DNA of 64,000 nt from Candidatus Berkelbacteria bacterium (lineage in GTDB: Bacteria; Patescibacteriota; UBA1384; 2-12-FULL-50-11), in contig CP066697.1 of assembly GCA_016432625.1 (NCBI GenBank), forward strand, positions 279,363-343,362. Direction: 5' to 3'. The stretch's first letter is position 1. Each line of letters opens with the position of its first letter. Position numbers and translations under genes: made by a program. Shown in pieces: positions 26,582 through 39,665 of the stretch. The notes beneath the pieces are model-generated. The model did no database searches, was not told the DNA's origin, and saw only the letters and a list, made by a program, of their open reading frames with translations.

Positions 26582-29484
26582 TCACTTTTTTCTACAGACG
26601 GAGAATGTTTTGCTTTCTTGCCAAAAATAACGGGCTCTAAAACTTTCCCGGTTAACGAGGCTTTGGTTAACGCCACCTCTTCTGGCGTTCCTTTGGCAAC
26701 AATCGTGCCGCCTGCTTCGCCACCTCCGGGTCCTAAATCAATCAGCCAGTCAGCACTTTTGATAACGTCTAGGTTGTGTTCGATAACAACGATTGTGTTA
26801 CCACGGTCAACCAGCTTCTGAAGAACGAGCAGTAGGCGTTCGACGTCGGAAAAATGAAGGCCGGTCGTCGGTTCATCTAAAACATAGAGAGTTTTGCCGG
26901 TATCGCGCCGTGAGAGCTCGGAAGCGAGCTTGATTCGTTGCGCTTCACCGCCGGACAACGTTGTTGCCGGTTGTCCGAGGCGAATATAGCCCAAGCCAAC
27001 TTGCTGCAAAGTGCGCAGTTTGTCAGCGAGAACGCCGATATTTTCAAAAAATTCCAACGCTTCATCGACGGTCATATTGAGAACCTGGGAGATATTCTTC
27101 CCTTTCCAGGTAACTTCAAGCGTCTCGCGGCTATAGCGTGTGCCCTTACAAACGTCGCAGGTGATATAAACATCGGGCAGGAAGTTCATTTCGATCTTAA
27201 TTACCCCGTCGCCCTGACAGTTTTCGCAACGTCCACCGACAACGTTAAAAGAAAACCGACCTGGTTTATAACCGCGACTTCGGGCGGAAGGCGTAGCGGC
27301 GAAAAGCTGGCGAATCGGGTCAAAAGCCTTGGTGTAGGTGGCCGGGTTGCTGCGCGGAGTACGGCCGATAGGGGACTGATCGATTTCGATTATCTTGTCG
27401 ATATGTTCGGTCCCGGTGATCGACTCGTGACTGCCCGGCACGTCGCTTTTTAAGCCGAGTTTCATACTAATTCCTTTACTAAGAATCTCAGTGACTAGGG
27501 TTGATTTACCCGATCCAGAAACTCCCGTCACGGCGACAAAACGCTTTAGCGGAATGTTGGCGGTGATGTTCTTGAGATTATTCTCTTTAGCTCCGTGAAT
27601 GGTGATGTTTGTGTGCCCTTTCTCGATCGTGCGTCGTTCTGGCAGGGCAATTTTCTTATCGCCGCTTAGGTACGGCGCGGTGATTGATTTGGGGTTCTTT
27701 AAGACTTCGTCTAAAGTTCCGGCGGCAACGATTGTCCCGCCGTGTTCACCAGCTCCCGGGCCGATATCGACGACGTAGTCCGCTTCGCGAATAGTTGCCT
27801 CGTCGTGCTCAACAACAATTACCGAGTTGCCTAAATCTCGCAGACGTTTCAGGGTTTCAATGAGTCGGTCGTTGTCGGTTGGGTGAAGGCCGATTGTCGG
27901 CTCGTCCAAAACATACAGGATACCGACAAGCGCCGAACCAATCTGTGAGGCAAGGCGGATGCGTTGGCTTTCACCGCCGGCCAGAGTTGTAGCGGTGCGA
28001 TCAAGCGTCAAATAGTTGAGCCCGACTTTTCCCAGGAATTCGAGTCGGCTAGCAATTTCGAGCAATACCTTGCCGGCGATATTGGCTTCGCGGGCGTTTA
28101 ATTTTAATTCATCAAAGAATGCTCGTGCCTTGTCGATTGTGAGTTGCGACACTTCAGCGATATTTTTGCCGCCAACTTTTACGATTAGTGCGTCTTCCTT
28201 CAGACGAGCGCCTTTGCAGGTTTTGCACTCGCTGGAGAGCATATAGCGCTCGATTTGCTCGCGCACCATGTCTGACTCGGTTTCATGGTAGCGAGATTCA
28301 AGGTGCGGAATGAGTCCACGAAAACCAACCATAAAATGATGGGCAACACCGGCGGAGTAGTACTTTAGTTTTAGCTTTAACGGCGCTCCGACGCCGTAAA
28401 GAAGCTTATTTAAGTCTTGTTTCTCAAGTTTTTTGATCGGCACGTCAACGCTCATCCCAAAATGCTCGGCAGCGTTTTTAAGCAAAATTCCGTAATAGTT
28501 TGTTGGCGAGTACGTCCAGGGCATAATACCGCCCTCGGCAATTGATTTATTGTCGTCGGGAATGATTAAAACCTCGGAAACCTCTTTTTTGAAGCCTAAG
28601 CCGTGACAGTCTTCGCAAGCGCCATAAGGGCTATTGAATGAAAACGACCGGGGCGAAATTTCACCCAAAGAAAAACCGTCGTATGGGCAGGCTAAATCCT
28701 CGCTCAGCATCAATTCGTCGTCTTTGCCTTCCTGAGCAATAATAACCAAGCCTTTAGAAAGCTTAATTGCTGTTTCCATCGCTTCGTTCAAGCGGGTGCG
28801 ACTTGATTGGCCCATAATTAGTCGGTCAACTACCACTTCAATGTTGTGGGCTTTATAGCGGTCCAGCTGGATTGAATCAGTCAGGGCGTACATCTCGTCG
28901 TTGACTCGAACGCGGGCAAAACCACCCTTATATAGGTCGTAGAGTAATTGGTGATATTCGCCTTTGCGGCCACGGACGACCGGCGCAAGGACGATTACGC
29001 GGGTGTCTTGCGGCAACGACTCGACCAGGTCAACCATCTGGTCGGTCGTTTGGCGCGAGATTGGCCGGCCGCATTTAGGACAAAACGGGGTCCCAACCCT
29101 GGCAAAAAGTAGTCTCAGGTAGTCGTAAATTTCTGTCACCGTGCCAACCGTCGAGCGTGGATTATGGGAGACGGTTTTTTGGTCGATTGAAATCGCTGGC
29201 GAGAGCCCTTCGATATAATCTACGTCGGGTTTCTCCATTTGACCCAAAAATTGCCGGGCGTAGCTTGAGAGCGATTCCATGTAACGGCGCTGTCCTTCGG
29301 CGTAAATCGTGTCGAAGGCCAGGCTGGACTTGCCAGAACCTGACAGGCCAGTGAAAACAATTAGTTTTTCGCGCGGCAACTCAAGGTCAATGTTTTTGAG
29401 ATTATGTTCGCGGGCGCCTTTAATAACTATAGTTCCTGCGGAACTTTCGAGGGCTTTGCTTGAGATCTTTTCTTCCGTTGCCAT
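26578..29484 (-). CDS. uvrA: Excinuclease ABC subunit A
   Basis: [14 protein letters not shown], two ABC modules, LSGGEAQR, Zn fingers. Confidence 0.99.
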   Translation of the reverse strand: MATEEKISSKALESSAGTIVIKGAREHNLKNIDLELPREKLIVFTGLSGSGKSSLAFDTIYAEGQRRYMESLSSYARQFLGQMEKPDVDYIEGLSPAISIDQKTVSHNPRSTVGTVTEIYDYLRLLFARVGTPFCPKCGRPISRQTTDQMVDLVESLPQDTRVIVLAPVVRGRKGEYHQLLYDLYKGGFARVRVNDEMYALTDSIQLDRYKAHNIEVVVDRLIMGQSSRTRLNEAMETAIKLSKGLVIIAQEGKDDELMLSEDLACPYDGFSLGEISPRSFSFNSPYGACEDCHGLGFKKEVSEVLIIPDDNKSIAEGGIMPWTYSPTNYYGILLKNAAEHFGMSVDVPIKKLEKQDLNKLLYGVGAPLKLKLKYYSAGVAHHFMVGFRGLIPHLESRYHETESDMVREQIERYMLSSECKTCKGARLKEDALIVKVGGKNIAEVSQLTIDKARAFFDELKLNAREANIAGKVLLEIASRLEFLGKVGLNYLTLDRTATTLAGGESQRIRLASQIGSALVGILYVLDEPTIGLHPTDNDRLIETLKRLRDLGNSVIVVEHDEATIREADYVVDIGPGAGEHGGTIVAAGTLDEVLKNPKSITAPYLSGDKKIALPERRTIEKGHTNITIHGAKENNLKNITANIPLKRFVAVTGVSGSGKSTLVTEILSKGISMKLGLKSDVPGSHESITGTEHIDKIIEIDQSPIGRTPRSNPATYTKAFDPIRQLFAATPSARSRGYKPGRFSFNVVGGRCENCQGDGVIKIEMNFLPDVYITCDVCKGTRYSRETLEVTWKGKNISQVLNMTVDEALEFFENIGVLADKLRTLQQVGLGYIRLGQPATTLSGGEAQRIKLASELSRRDTGKTLYVLDEPTTGLHFSDVERLLLVLQKLVDRGNTIVVIEHNLDVIKSADWLIDLGPGGGEAGGTIVAKGTPEEVALTKASLTGKVLEPVIFGKKAKHSPSVEKSE

Positions 29485-29562
29485 AGCAATCTATTGTACC
29501 AAACAATTCCCGAAACATTTCTAGCCATTGTGACGCTGGTGCGGGACGGTTAGAGTTAAACA

Positions 29563-30657
29563 ATGCCAGAGACAGAAACTTCTTCACCGACTGAAGTATT
29601 GGGACTTGAACGCGATCCGTACGAGCGTCTCGAGTCAGACGAGCGAGAGTACCTTTATGCCGAAACCGGCGAACTGGCTAAATATTGGGAGGGCGCGTAT
29701 TCCGACGCACTGGAGAAAACTTCCACCTGGGACGAATTCCGCCAGGAAATTTATGATAATCATCAGGCTCAACAAGCCTTGAGGGGAAACTACGAAGATA
29801 ATCCAGCGGTTTTGAGGGCGTTTGATAAGGTTAATTATATTTTCGGCTCTATGCCGTCGGCGCTTGTCGATCCTCAGGCCAATTTGTTACTCGCAAGTTA
29901 TAGAAACGAACGCGGCAACGTGGCCAAGCTTTACTCCGAGGAGGATATGCAGGCAATCAAAGCTGGCAACCACGAATTGAATACTCACCAAAGCGCGATG
30001 CGCGAAGCCGAGTGGATTAACGAAACTATTTGGTCATTACTACGATTTCGGGCAAACGAGCTGACCGAGCCAAAGAGCTTTACTAATGGTAAGGGGCGAA
30101 AAGAAGTTATAGAGGCAGGGCAAACCTTGCCGGAGATGCTTATCCCCCTGATGGCCAAAACATTCGAGAAGGGCATGCCAGCCCGCATGGCTAGACAAGA
30201 GTTTTCCTGGATGTTGAGTGGGGTATACGGCCCGGTCAAATTGGCGCGGGCTGCTCGGGCTGCGGGTTTTAGGGCGATTTTACCCAATCCGTACTGGGAC
30301 GTGGTCGGAAAAGTTGATCTTAACCTCGCTACCGAAGACCGCAGGACGTTATATCCGGTACAGATAAAATCAACACGGCAGTCAGCAGAGTTTGCCAGAT
30401 ATTTCAGCGATGCGCCTTCGATGGATTTCGGAGGCCGTGAAGTGGCGCCGCGTGATGAATGGACTGCGCTCGACAACTTCTGCGCCAAAGTTCAACAGAC
30501 CTCAAATTGGCGCTCTTCAGGTATTGATATTATCCCCAAATGGGCTAGAATGTATGACGCTCAAGCAGATATTGCTGGGTTCAAGGCTGTTCTGGCTGAC
30601 AAGCCCGATCCTAAAGAGGTCGAGTTGCTAGCTGCTTTGAAAGGAAACCGCCCATGA
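29563..30657 (+). CDS. Hypothetical protein with possible C-terminal restriction-endonuclease-like motif
   Basis: 364 aa ORF; WDVVGKVDL...PVQIKS. Confidence 0.7.
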   Translation: MPETETSSPTEVLGLERDPYERLESDEREYLYAETGELAKYWEGAYSDALEKTSTWDEFRQEIYDNHQAQQALRGNYEDNPAVLRAFDKVNYIFGSMPSALVDPQANLLLASYRNERGNVAKLYSEEDMQAIKAGNHELNTHQSAMREAEWINETIWSLLRFRANELTEPKSFTNGKGRKEVIEAGQTLPEMLIPLMAKTFEKGMPARMARQEFSWMLSGVYGPVKLARAARAAGFRAILPNPYWDVVGKVDLNLATEDRRTLYPVQIKSTRQSAEFARYFSDAPSMDFGGREVAPRDEWTALDNFCAKVQQTSNWRSSGIDIIPKWARMYDAQADIAGFKAVLADKPDPKEVELLAALKGNRP

Positions 30658-30806
30658 ATCAATTGGACCAACCGCCGCCGGTGACGCCAAAGCCAGAATC
30701 TCTACCAACGGACAACGTAGAGGCTGAGCTTGAGGCGATCACCCCCGAAGACGTCATGTCTCGGGATCTTGAAGAGGTGCTCCAAGAGGACGCGCCTAGC
30801 AAATAA
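30654..30806 (+). CDS. Small acidic protein (50 aa)
   Basis: ATGA overlap with upstream stop; AAGGA RBS; MNQLDQPPPV...EDAPSK. Confidence 0.5.
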   Translation: MNQLDQPPPVTPKPESLPTDNVEAELEAITPEDVMSRDLEEVLQEDAPSK

Positions 30807-30857
30807 CGGCAATCACAGTTCATACGCCGGCACCAAGGATGGTTGCCGGCTTTGATT

Positions 30858-32843
30858 TTATACCGACGTTAACTTCTCCCGCTCTTTCTGCATCTTTTTT
30901 AGTTTTATCACTTCGTCACGCAGGATAGCGGCTAGCTCGAATTGAAGCTCGTTTGAAGCGGCTTTCATCTGACGCTCTTTTTCGCGTACCATAGCGTCGA
31001 TATTGCCACGAGCCAGCTCTTTCTCGATCTTATCCAGCCCCACAGATTCCACAATTTCCCGCTCGATAATTGAAGTAATTTCTTTGGAGATAGATTGGGG
31101 CGTAATACCATTGTCCTTATTGTGCTGCTCCTGAATCTTACGGCGCCGGTTCGTCTCGTCGATGGCTTTTTTCAGGCTGTCGGTGATGTTATTGGCGTAT
31201 AAAATAACTTGCCCTTGAACGTTTCTGGCGGCGCGGCCAATTGTTTGAATCAGGCTTCGTTCGCTGCGCAAGAAACCTTCTTTATCAGCATCAAGAATCG
31301 CCACAAGCGAAACTTCTGGTAGATCCAAACCTTCGCGGAGCAAGTTAACGCCGATCAAAACGTCGAATATGCCCTTTCGTAGATCGCGCAGTATCTCTAC
31401 CCGCTCCAGCGTTTCGATGCCCGAATGTAAATATCTAACCTTGAGCCCTTGCTCTTGCATGTAATCGCTGAGTTCTTCGGCCATCTTTTTCGTCAGTGTC
31501 GTCACGAGGACTCGCTCCTGTTTTTCGACGCGGTCTTTCACACGTTCCATTAGATCAGCCACTTGGTTGTCACACGGCTGTATTATTAATTCTGGATCGA
31601 GCAGGCCGGTCGGGCGGATAATCTGTGAGACTGTATTCTGGGTTTTTTGCAGCTCGTACTGGCCTGGGGTTGCTGAGGTGTATATAACCTGATTAATGCG
31701 CTGCTCAAATTCAGGGAATTTTAACGGCCTGTTGTCGCGCGCCGAGGGGAGGCGGAAGCCGTGCTCGACCAGGATGTCTTTGCGAGCTTTGTCGCCGTTG
31801 TACATCCCGTTTAGTTGTGGCACAGTCACGTGCGACTCATCTATTACTAGCAAGAAATCTTTAGGAAAATAGCCAAGCAAGGTATTTGGGGCGTCGCCGG
31901 GCTGGCGCCCGTCGAAGTGACGGGAATAGTTTTCGATCCCGTTGCAGTAACCAATCTCGCGGATCATTTCGAGGTCGTAACGTGTTCGTCGGCGCAACCG
32001 CTCGGCCTCGAGGAATTTGTCGCTCGCTTCCATTCTTTTAAGCTGTTCATCCAATTCATGCTCGATAGATTTTGTGGCCTGCTCGATTTGCTCTGGCGGT
32101 GTGACGAAGTGACGTGACGGATAAATTACCGCAACACGCAAAGTTTGTAGCGGCGAATTTGTCGTTGGGTCGATCTCCTCAATGTTCTCGACGGTATCGC
32201 CAAAAAGGTTTAGACGAATTATCCGTTGGGAGTTTGCTGGCATCACTTCAATGACGTCGCCACGAGCTCTAAAATTACCGCGTTCCATCGCCACGTCATT
32301 GCGTTGGTACTGCAAGAAAACTAACTTGTCGATAATTTCGTCGCGGTTAATGTTCTCACCGCTACGGATGACGAGCATCGCTTTTTGGTATTCCTCAGCC
32401 GAGCCGAGGCCGTAAATACAGGAGACAGAAGCGACGACAATGACGTCTTGGCGTGAGAGGACGGCTTGAGTGGCGGCGTGGCGCAAGCGGTCAATCTCAT
32501 CGTTAATCTGCGCTTCTTTTTCTATATAGGTATCGGTATTCGGAATGTAGGCCTCTGGTTGGTAGTAATCGTAATAGCTGACGAAGTATTCAACGGCATT
32601 TTTTGGGAAAAAATGACGGTACTCGCTGGTTAGCTGGGCGGCTAAAGTTTTGTTGTGAGCAATTACTAGCGTTGGCTTTTGGATCGCTTGAATGACATTT
32701 GCGGCGGTGAAAGTTTTACCTGAGCCAGTTACCCCCAAAAGTATCTGGTGTTTCAACCCCTTTTTCACGCCAGCAACCAACGATTCGATGGCTGTTGGCT
32801 GGTCACCCTTTGGCTCAACGGACTTAATTAATTCAAATCCCAT
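30858..32843 (-). CDS. uvrB: Excinuclease ABC subunit B
   Basis: LGVTGSGKT, YYDYYQPEAY, DESH, LIQTIGRAAR, C-terminal UVR domain. Confidence 0.99.
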   Translation of the reverse strand: MGFELIKSVEPKGDQPTAIESLVAGVKKGLKHQILLGVTGSGKTFTAANVIQAIQKPTLVIAHNKTLAAQLTSEYRHFFPKNAVEYFVSYYDYYQPEAYIPNTDTYIEKEAQINDEIDRLRHAATQAVLSRQDVIVVASVSCIYGLGSAEEYQKAMLVIRSGENINRDEIIDKLVFLQYQRNDVAMERGNFRARGDVIEVMPANSQRIIRLNLFGDTVENIEEIDPTTNSPLQTLRVAVIYPSRHFVTPPEQIEQATKSIEHELDEQLKRMEASDKFLEAERLRRRTRYDLEMIREIGYCNGIENYSRHFDGRQPGDAPNTLLGYFPKDFLLVIDESHVTVPQLNGMYNGDKARKDILVEHGFRLPSARDNRPLKFPEFEQRINQVIYTSATPGQYELQKTQNTVSQIIRPTGLLDPELIIQPCDNQVADLMERVKDRVEKQERVLVTTLTKKMAEELSDYMQEQGLKVRYLHSGIETLERVEILRDLRKGIFDVLIGVNLLREGLDLPEVSLVAILDADKEGFLRSERSLIQTIGRAARNVQGQVILYANNITDSLKKAIDETNRRRKIQEQHNKDNGITPQSISKEITSIIEREIVESVGLDKIEKELARGNIDAMVREKERQMKAASNELQFELAAILRDEVIKLKKMQKEREKLTSV

Positions 32844-32962
32844 AACGTGGACATTCTACCTGAAAATGGGTTGGTAGTCCCTTGTCTTGGAGATAGTTAA
32901 CCGGTACAATTCCCCGGTCAGATTGATCTTTAAACGCTTCGACGGCGTTAGGAGGATGTAGT

Positions 32963-33517
32963 ATGCCGATTGCCATAGGCTTAGGGGAGATCGGCTGGAC
33001 GTCCAATCTCTTTCCCTGGTGCCACGACCAAGAACACACCGGGATCTACTTGCGCCCGAACGACCCAAGAGACATTGCCCATCAAGTACAGACGCCCTCA
33101 GCGTACTTTCTTGATTCATCCGGCATGGATAGGTCACGAAGAGCCTTAAACAAGCTGATTGAAGTCAATTTCAATTACTTCGCGCTGGAACCGGACACTC
33201 GTTTGGTTGATATTCGTGGTCGCAAGTACGACTTCGTCATCAACCGCGACACCGAACAGGTCCTGCAGTACGACGAATCATGGCTGCTTGAGGACGCCGG
33301 GCGCGAAGGGATTGAAAAGTGCTTCACTTGTGAGGCAGTTGATCTGTTCTGGCGGCTCGACCGCTATCGTGAGATCCGCACCCTTGATTGGAAAGAGCCG
33401 AACTTGATCGTCAGCTTCGATGGGATGATGAACACCGTCAATCCGAACGAGTTTATCTTTACTCTGACGCGACGGATGTCAGAGTGGTGGCGACTGATCA
33501 ACCAGCTCAGATCGTGA
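32963..33517 (+). CDS. Hypothetical protein
   Basis: AGGAGG RBS; terminator downstream. Confidence 0.7.
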   Translation: MPIAIGLGEIGWTSNLFPWCHDQEHTGIYLRPNDPRDIAHQVQTPSAYFLDSSGMDRSRRALNKLIEVNFNYFALEPDTRLVDIRGRKYDFVINRDTEQVLQYDESWLLEDAGREGIEKCFTCEAVDLFWRLDRYREIRTLDWKEPNLIVSFDGMMNTVNPNEFIFTLTRRMSEWWRLINQLRS

Positions 33518-33523
33518 GGGACC

Positions 33524-33559
33524 GAGCCCCGAGCCACATTAGAGTGGTTCGGGGCTTTT
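33524..33559 (+). terminator. Intrinsic terminator
   Basis: AGCCCCGAGCCAC-loop-GTGGTTCGGGGCTTTT. Confidence 0.75.
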
Positions 33560-33631
33560 GCTATCCTAATAGATATAAAAAGAGTCAGCGGCCGGAGATT
33601 CCGGCCGCTGATGCGGGTTGTTCCAGACGCG

Positions 33632-34132
33632 CTAGCCCGTTTGACTAGCTTCGCCCCAGGGTGAAGGGTGGCCGCCGAGCTTAGCAAGCCCGATTGCCAC
33701 GTAGCCGATCATTCGTGAGATCGCCTCATCGAGCTCGGCCTGTCCGCCGCTCGTGCCGACTGCGAGGTGGAAACCGTCGCAGCAGATGTAGACGCCGCCG
33801 GGGTAAAAAGCCCCATTGACCTTGATCTCTTCACTGACGAGTTCCGGCTTTTGGCTTAACGCCCAACCGCCATTGACCCGGTGCTCGGCGGAGAACTTAG
33901 CCTTGTTGACGCCGTAGAGCTGGTAAGGATGCTCGTAGTCCTTAACGCTCCCAAGCATCTCGGAGTGCAGCAGGTCGCCGCTCTCTGGATCGACGAGAAA
34001 GATGGCGATGTCGTGACGTTTGAACGTGCCGTCGTTCATCATGCTGCGAATCGCGGGCAAAGCGTGATGAACTGCTTCGCGGGCGACTTCGGGCGTGATG
34101 CTTCTTAAAGTTACAGGTGCGCTTGATTCCAA
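33632..34132 (-). CDS. GlcG/HbpS-like (heme-binding fold) protein
   Basis: NKAKFS, PGGV, AVGTSGG...LDEAI; GAGGAGG then TTG. Confidence 0.7.
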   Translation of the reverse strand: MESSAPVTLRSITPEVAREAVHHALPAIRSMMNDGTFKRHDIAIFLVDPESGDLLHSEMLGSVKDYEHPYQLYGVNKAKFSAEHRVNGGWALSQKPELVSEEIKVNGAFYPGGVYICCDGFHLAVGTSGGQAELDEAISRMIGYVAIGLAKLGGHPSPWGEASQTG

Positions 34133-34354
34133 CTAGTGCCTCCTCAACTTCCAGGGAAGTTGTTGGGGTTATTTTGGCTAAAATCTACAGGTAAGTCAAC
34201 GTGTTGAACCTGTAAAAATCGTTAAAGCCTTGACAGGTTTATCAGGTGTCTTTAGTAATGTAAGAGTTAACCAGAACAACTGGTTAAAGACTCTTGAGCT
34301 TGGGAGTCGCAATAGAATCGCAACATAACCACAGGGGAAGGAGGTGAGAAGTTT

Positions 34355-34558
34355 ATGGCATTTAGTACACAGTCCAAGAAGTCAGGTAAGACTTACTACT
34401 TGCACTCGAAGTCGGTTACGCTACGCGGCGGCCGCCAGCAGACCATCTACTACTTCGCGCAAGATGTTCGTGACGGCGCAATGGATTCCGTCCCTTCTGG
34501 TTACATGGTGATGGAGAACCCACGCACGGGTCTACCGATGTTAAAGAAGAGTATGTAA
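34355..34558 (+). CDS. Small basic conserved hypothetical protein
   Basis: AAGGAGGTGA RBS; G.TYYLH...VTLRGGR.QTIYYFA...PSGY...ENPRTGLP; terminator at ~34590-34616. Confidence 0.85.
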   Translation: MAFSTQSKKSGKTYYLHSKSVTLRGGRQQTIYYFAQDVRDGAMDSVPSGYMVMENPRTGLPMLKKSM

Positions 34559-34658
34559 GACGTTCGACAATATGTTGGATGTTTACCAAAGATCCGTCCT
34601 AACAGACGGGTTTTTGGTTGAAAATACCTGTTGAACAGTCGTACAATGGAATCCCGCC

Positions 34659-36020
34659 ATGAGGAAATTCAATCTTCAGTTCGCTTTAGTGACGGTCATC
34701 ATCGATTTACTGATGTTATGGCTAGCTATGGCTGTGGCTTATCAAATTAGAAGTAACGGCGAGGAGCTTTACCTTTGGTCGCTTAGTTACTACTCGTTGT
34801 TTGTTTTGAAATTCCTGCCGGTTTGGCTGGTTCTATTTATATATCAAGGGCTCTATCGTTTGCGTACACCGATTAAAGGTTGGACAGCGATTGCCCGCAC
34901 GACAACGGCGATTCTCTCTGGGTGGGGCGTGATCTTAATTTATCTTTACTTATCAAGATCACCTGAAGCGCTAGTCTTCCCCCGGCTAATTATTGCCTAC
35001 GGACTCGGACTGACTTTGCTATTTGTCTTCATTGGCCGTTTTTTGCTAGATGGCTTCAGGCGCTTGCTTAACTCCCAGGGCTACGGGCTGATCAGAGCAG
35101 CTGTTATTGCAAAAGACGAACAAGTAGATTTTATTAAGACACTTTCGCAGCCAACCCATGGACGCGTGATCCAAGGAGTTATAACCGCTGATTATCTAGA
35201 AGCGCTGAGAGGTCTCGTCCAAAATAAGAAAATTGACGAGCTTATTGTGGCGCTGCCCGGATTAGACGAAAAAACAATTTTGTCGTTAGTCGACTGGGCC
35301 GAGACCAACTACGTTAATTTCGTTCAAGTACAGACTTTACTGTCCGTGAAAGCGACGAACATTGAGACTGGTTCTTTGGCAGGAACGCCGGTAATCTTCT
35401 ACAAACAATCGCCGCTTGATGGTTGGGGGCGAATTTTCAAACGAGCCTTTGATCTTGTCTTGGTGATACCGCTGCTCATCATTATTTCCCCGCTGTATTT
35501 CCTGTTGGCGTTACTAGTCAAATTATCTAGTCCCGGACCGGTTTACTATAAAGAGAAGCGAGTTGGCCAAGACGGTCAGGAATTTGTTGTCGGTAAGTTT
35601 CGCAGTATGTACGCCGACTGGCGCGAGCGTTTTCCGAATGTCCAAGATTGGTCAGCCGATGAGGCCACCGACGTTCGTATCACGCCGCTCGGGAGAGTGC
35701 TAAGAAAAACTAATCTCGACGAGTTGCCCCAGCTCTGGGACGTTTTGACTGGGCGGATGAGTATTGTTGGGCCACGGCCTGAACAGCCAAAATACGTCGA
35801 AAAATTCGCTCAAGAAATTCCCGCCTACGTCAAACGTCATCACGTTAAGTCTGGCTTAACAGGATGGGCACAAATTAACGGCTTGCGTGGTAATACGCCA
35901 ATTCCTGACAGGGTTAAATACGACCTCTACTATATAGAGAACTGGTCTATATGGTTCGACCTCCGTATTATTCTTGGCACGGTCGTTTATATCTTCCGTC
36001 AGTTCGTTACCAGCTCATGA
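34659..36020 (+). CDS. Polyprenyl-phosphate glycosylphosphotransferase (WcaJ/WbaP-like sugar transferase)
   Basis: KRAFD, KFRSM, DELPQL, MSIVGPRP, GLTGWAQ, DLYYIENWS. Confidence 0.95.
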   Translation: MRKFNLQFALVTVIIDLLMLWLAMAVAYQIRSNGEELYLWSLSYYSLFVLKFLPVWLVLFIYQGLYRLRTPIKGWTAIARTTTAILSGWGVILIYLYLSRSPEALVFPRLIIAYGLGLTLLFVFIGRFLLDGFRRLLNSQGYGLIRAAVIAKDEQVDFIKTLSQPTHGRVIQGVITADYLEALRGLVQNKKIDELIVALPGLDEKTILSLVDWAETNYVNFVQVQTLLSVKATNIETGSLAGTPVIFYKQSPLDGWGRIFKRAFDLVLVIPLLIIISPLYFLLALLVKLSSPGPVYYKEKRVGQDGQEFVVGKFRSMYADWRERFPNVQDWSADEATDVRITPLGRVLRKTNLDELPQLWDVLTGRMSIVGPRPEQPKYVEKFAQEIPAYVKRHHVKSGLTGWAQINGLRGNTPIPDRVKYDLYYIENWSIWFDLRIILGTVVYIFRQFVTSS

Positions 36021-37120
36021 GAATTGCCCTCGTTCATGACTTTCTGAACACCTGGGGTGGGGGAGAGTACGTCTTAAAAGTTTTCACCGAGCTTTATCCT
36101 GAGGCGCCGATCTATTCGCTCACTTATAAGCAGGCGATTGTCGACGAATTTTTTCCAGGGAGAAAAATAATTCCGAGCTTCTTGCAAAACTATCCAGGGA
36201 TGCCGGATAAGTTCAAATACTATCTATCGTTTATGCCGAAAGCGATCGAATCGTTTGATTTTAGTGATTATGACGTCGTGCTGTCCGATTCGTCAGCTTA
36301 CGCAAAGGGCGCCATTACAAAAGGGGCAACAAAGCACGTTTGCTACCTGCATACGCCAACGCGTTATCTGTGGAGTGATCGAGAAGAATATATTAAAAAC
36401 GCGCCCATTCCGCTGCCGATTATTGGACGAAGCGTAGTTAAGGGTATCGTCAAAAAATTACAAAAATGGGATTTAGAGGCCGCTAAACGGCCTGATGTAA
36501 TAATCGCTAATTCAAAATACATCGCCGAACGTACCCGAACCTACTATCACCGGGACCCAGAGTATGTGGTTTTTCCTCCGGTGAACGTGAAGCAGTTTAA
36601 GATCGGCACGCCAGGCGATTACTTCCTGGTTCTAGCGCGTGCTGAGCCGTACAAGCGAACAGACCTCGCGATTCAAGCAGCCAACAAGCTCGGGCTTAAG
36701 CTCAAAGTGGTTGGAGGAGGAACTAAAATTAAGTACCTACAGGAAATGGCCGGACCGAATGTTGAATTTTTGGGCCGTGTCAGTGAGGAAGAGAAAGTAA
36801 GGTTGTTCTCTGGTTGTTTAGCCTTCATATTCCCGCCAAAGGAGGACGCTGGTATTACGCCACTTGAAGCGATGGCTTCAGGACGGCCGGTGATTGCGTA
36901 CAGCGAGGGCGGAGCGTTAGAGTCGGTAGTTGAGGGCGAGACGGGCGAGTTTTTTTCCGACCAGACTGTCGACTCACTTGTTGAGGTACTAAAAGTTTTC
37001 GATCCATCAAATTACAATCCGCAGAAAATCAGGCAGCACGCGGATAAATTCGACAAGGAGATTTTCAAAAATAGAATCCAACAAATCGTTAACGACGCAT
37101 TGAGTTCAGACAAGCGCTGA
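36017..37120 (+). CDS. Glycosyltransferase family 4
   Basis: RIALVHDFL...GGGE, YLHTPTRY, EDAGITPLEAMASG. Confidence 0.93.
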   Translation: MRIALVHDFLNTWGGGEYVLKVFTELYPEAPIYSLTYKQAIVDEFFPGRKIIPSFLQNYPGMPDKFKYYLSFMPKAIESFDFSDYDVVLSDSSAYAKGAITKGATKHVCYLHTPTRYLWSDREEYIKNAPIPLPIIGRSVVKGIVKKLQKWDLEAAKRPDVIIANSKYIAERTRTYYHRDPEYVVFPPVNVKQFKIGTPGDYFLVLARAEPYKRTDLAIQAANKLGLKLKVVGGGTKIKYLQEMAGPNVEFLGRVSEEEKVRLFSGCLAFIFPPKEDAGITPLEAMASGRPVIAYSEGGALESVVEGETGEFFSDQTVDSLVEVLKVFDPSNYNPQKIRQHADKFDKEIFKNRIQQIVNDALSSDKR

Positions 37121-37160
37121 GTTAGTATTCATCCACGGTTTTCGTTCTTGAGGTGAAACA

Positions 37161-37628
37161 ATGAAAATGTTGGCGCTAACGTATCGCTATATCGGTCCTG
37201 ACGCCGCGCATCAGCTGCTTTTGGAGCCGATTGAAAGGGGCGACAACGTCGTTATCCCGATCAGTGGCGAACAGTACATGAAGATGTTTCCGCACGTTGG
37301 TCGAACGGAGCTGGAGGATCAGACTTACGTTCTGGAAAACATCTACGACCCGAAACTGGCAGTACACGAGCCGGATATCCTGCTCGTTTATATCGGCCAC
37401 CATGCCGTAGACAAGACGGCCGAGTTTCTGACCCATTTTGGGGGCTCTGAAGTTCATGTCGTCACTTGCCAATGCGACTTGGAGGCGCGCAAGAAGGCGT
37501 TGTCAACGTACGCGTTTCGCCGGGCGATAATGCATCCCCAAAGCGAATGCGGCGGCAACAAAACTATGCATCGGTTGGTCATGGAGTTCCTCGAAACGGG
37601 CGCTCTTCACTATCCACGTCCTAGCTAG
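37161..37628 (+). CDS. Hypothetical protein
   Basis: GAGGTG RBS; VTCQC and ECGG motifs; hairpin after stop. Confidence 0.7.
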   Translation: MKMLALTYRYIGPDAAHQLLLEPIERGDNVVIPISGEQYMKMFPHVGRTELEDQTYVLENIYDPKLAVHEPDILLVYIGHHAVDKTAEFLTHFGGSEVHVVTCQCDLEARKKALSTYAFRRAIMHPQSECGGNKTMHRLVMEFLETGALHYPRPS

Positions 37629-37700
37629 ACGAACGACCACTTTGGGCGCGATTCAACACGGATCGCGCCCCGTCATATTTGGCTTGTTTTATCCTTATAA

Positions 37701-39662
<1,962 letters not shown>

Positions 39663-39665
39663 ACA

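Noticed and set aside
15170-26600. Target-site duplication flanking the island
   Set aside because: Sequences immediately outside the repeats (TTCTTC left, TCACTT right) do not form a clear direct repeat.
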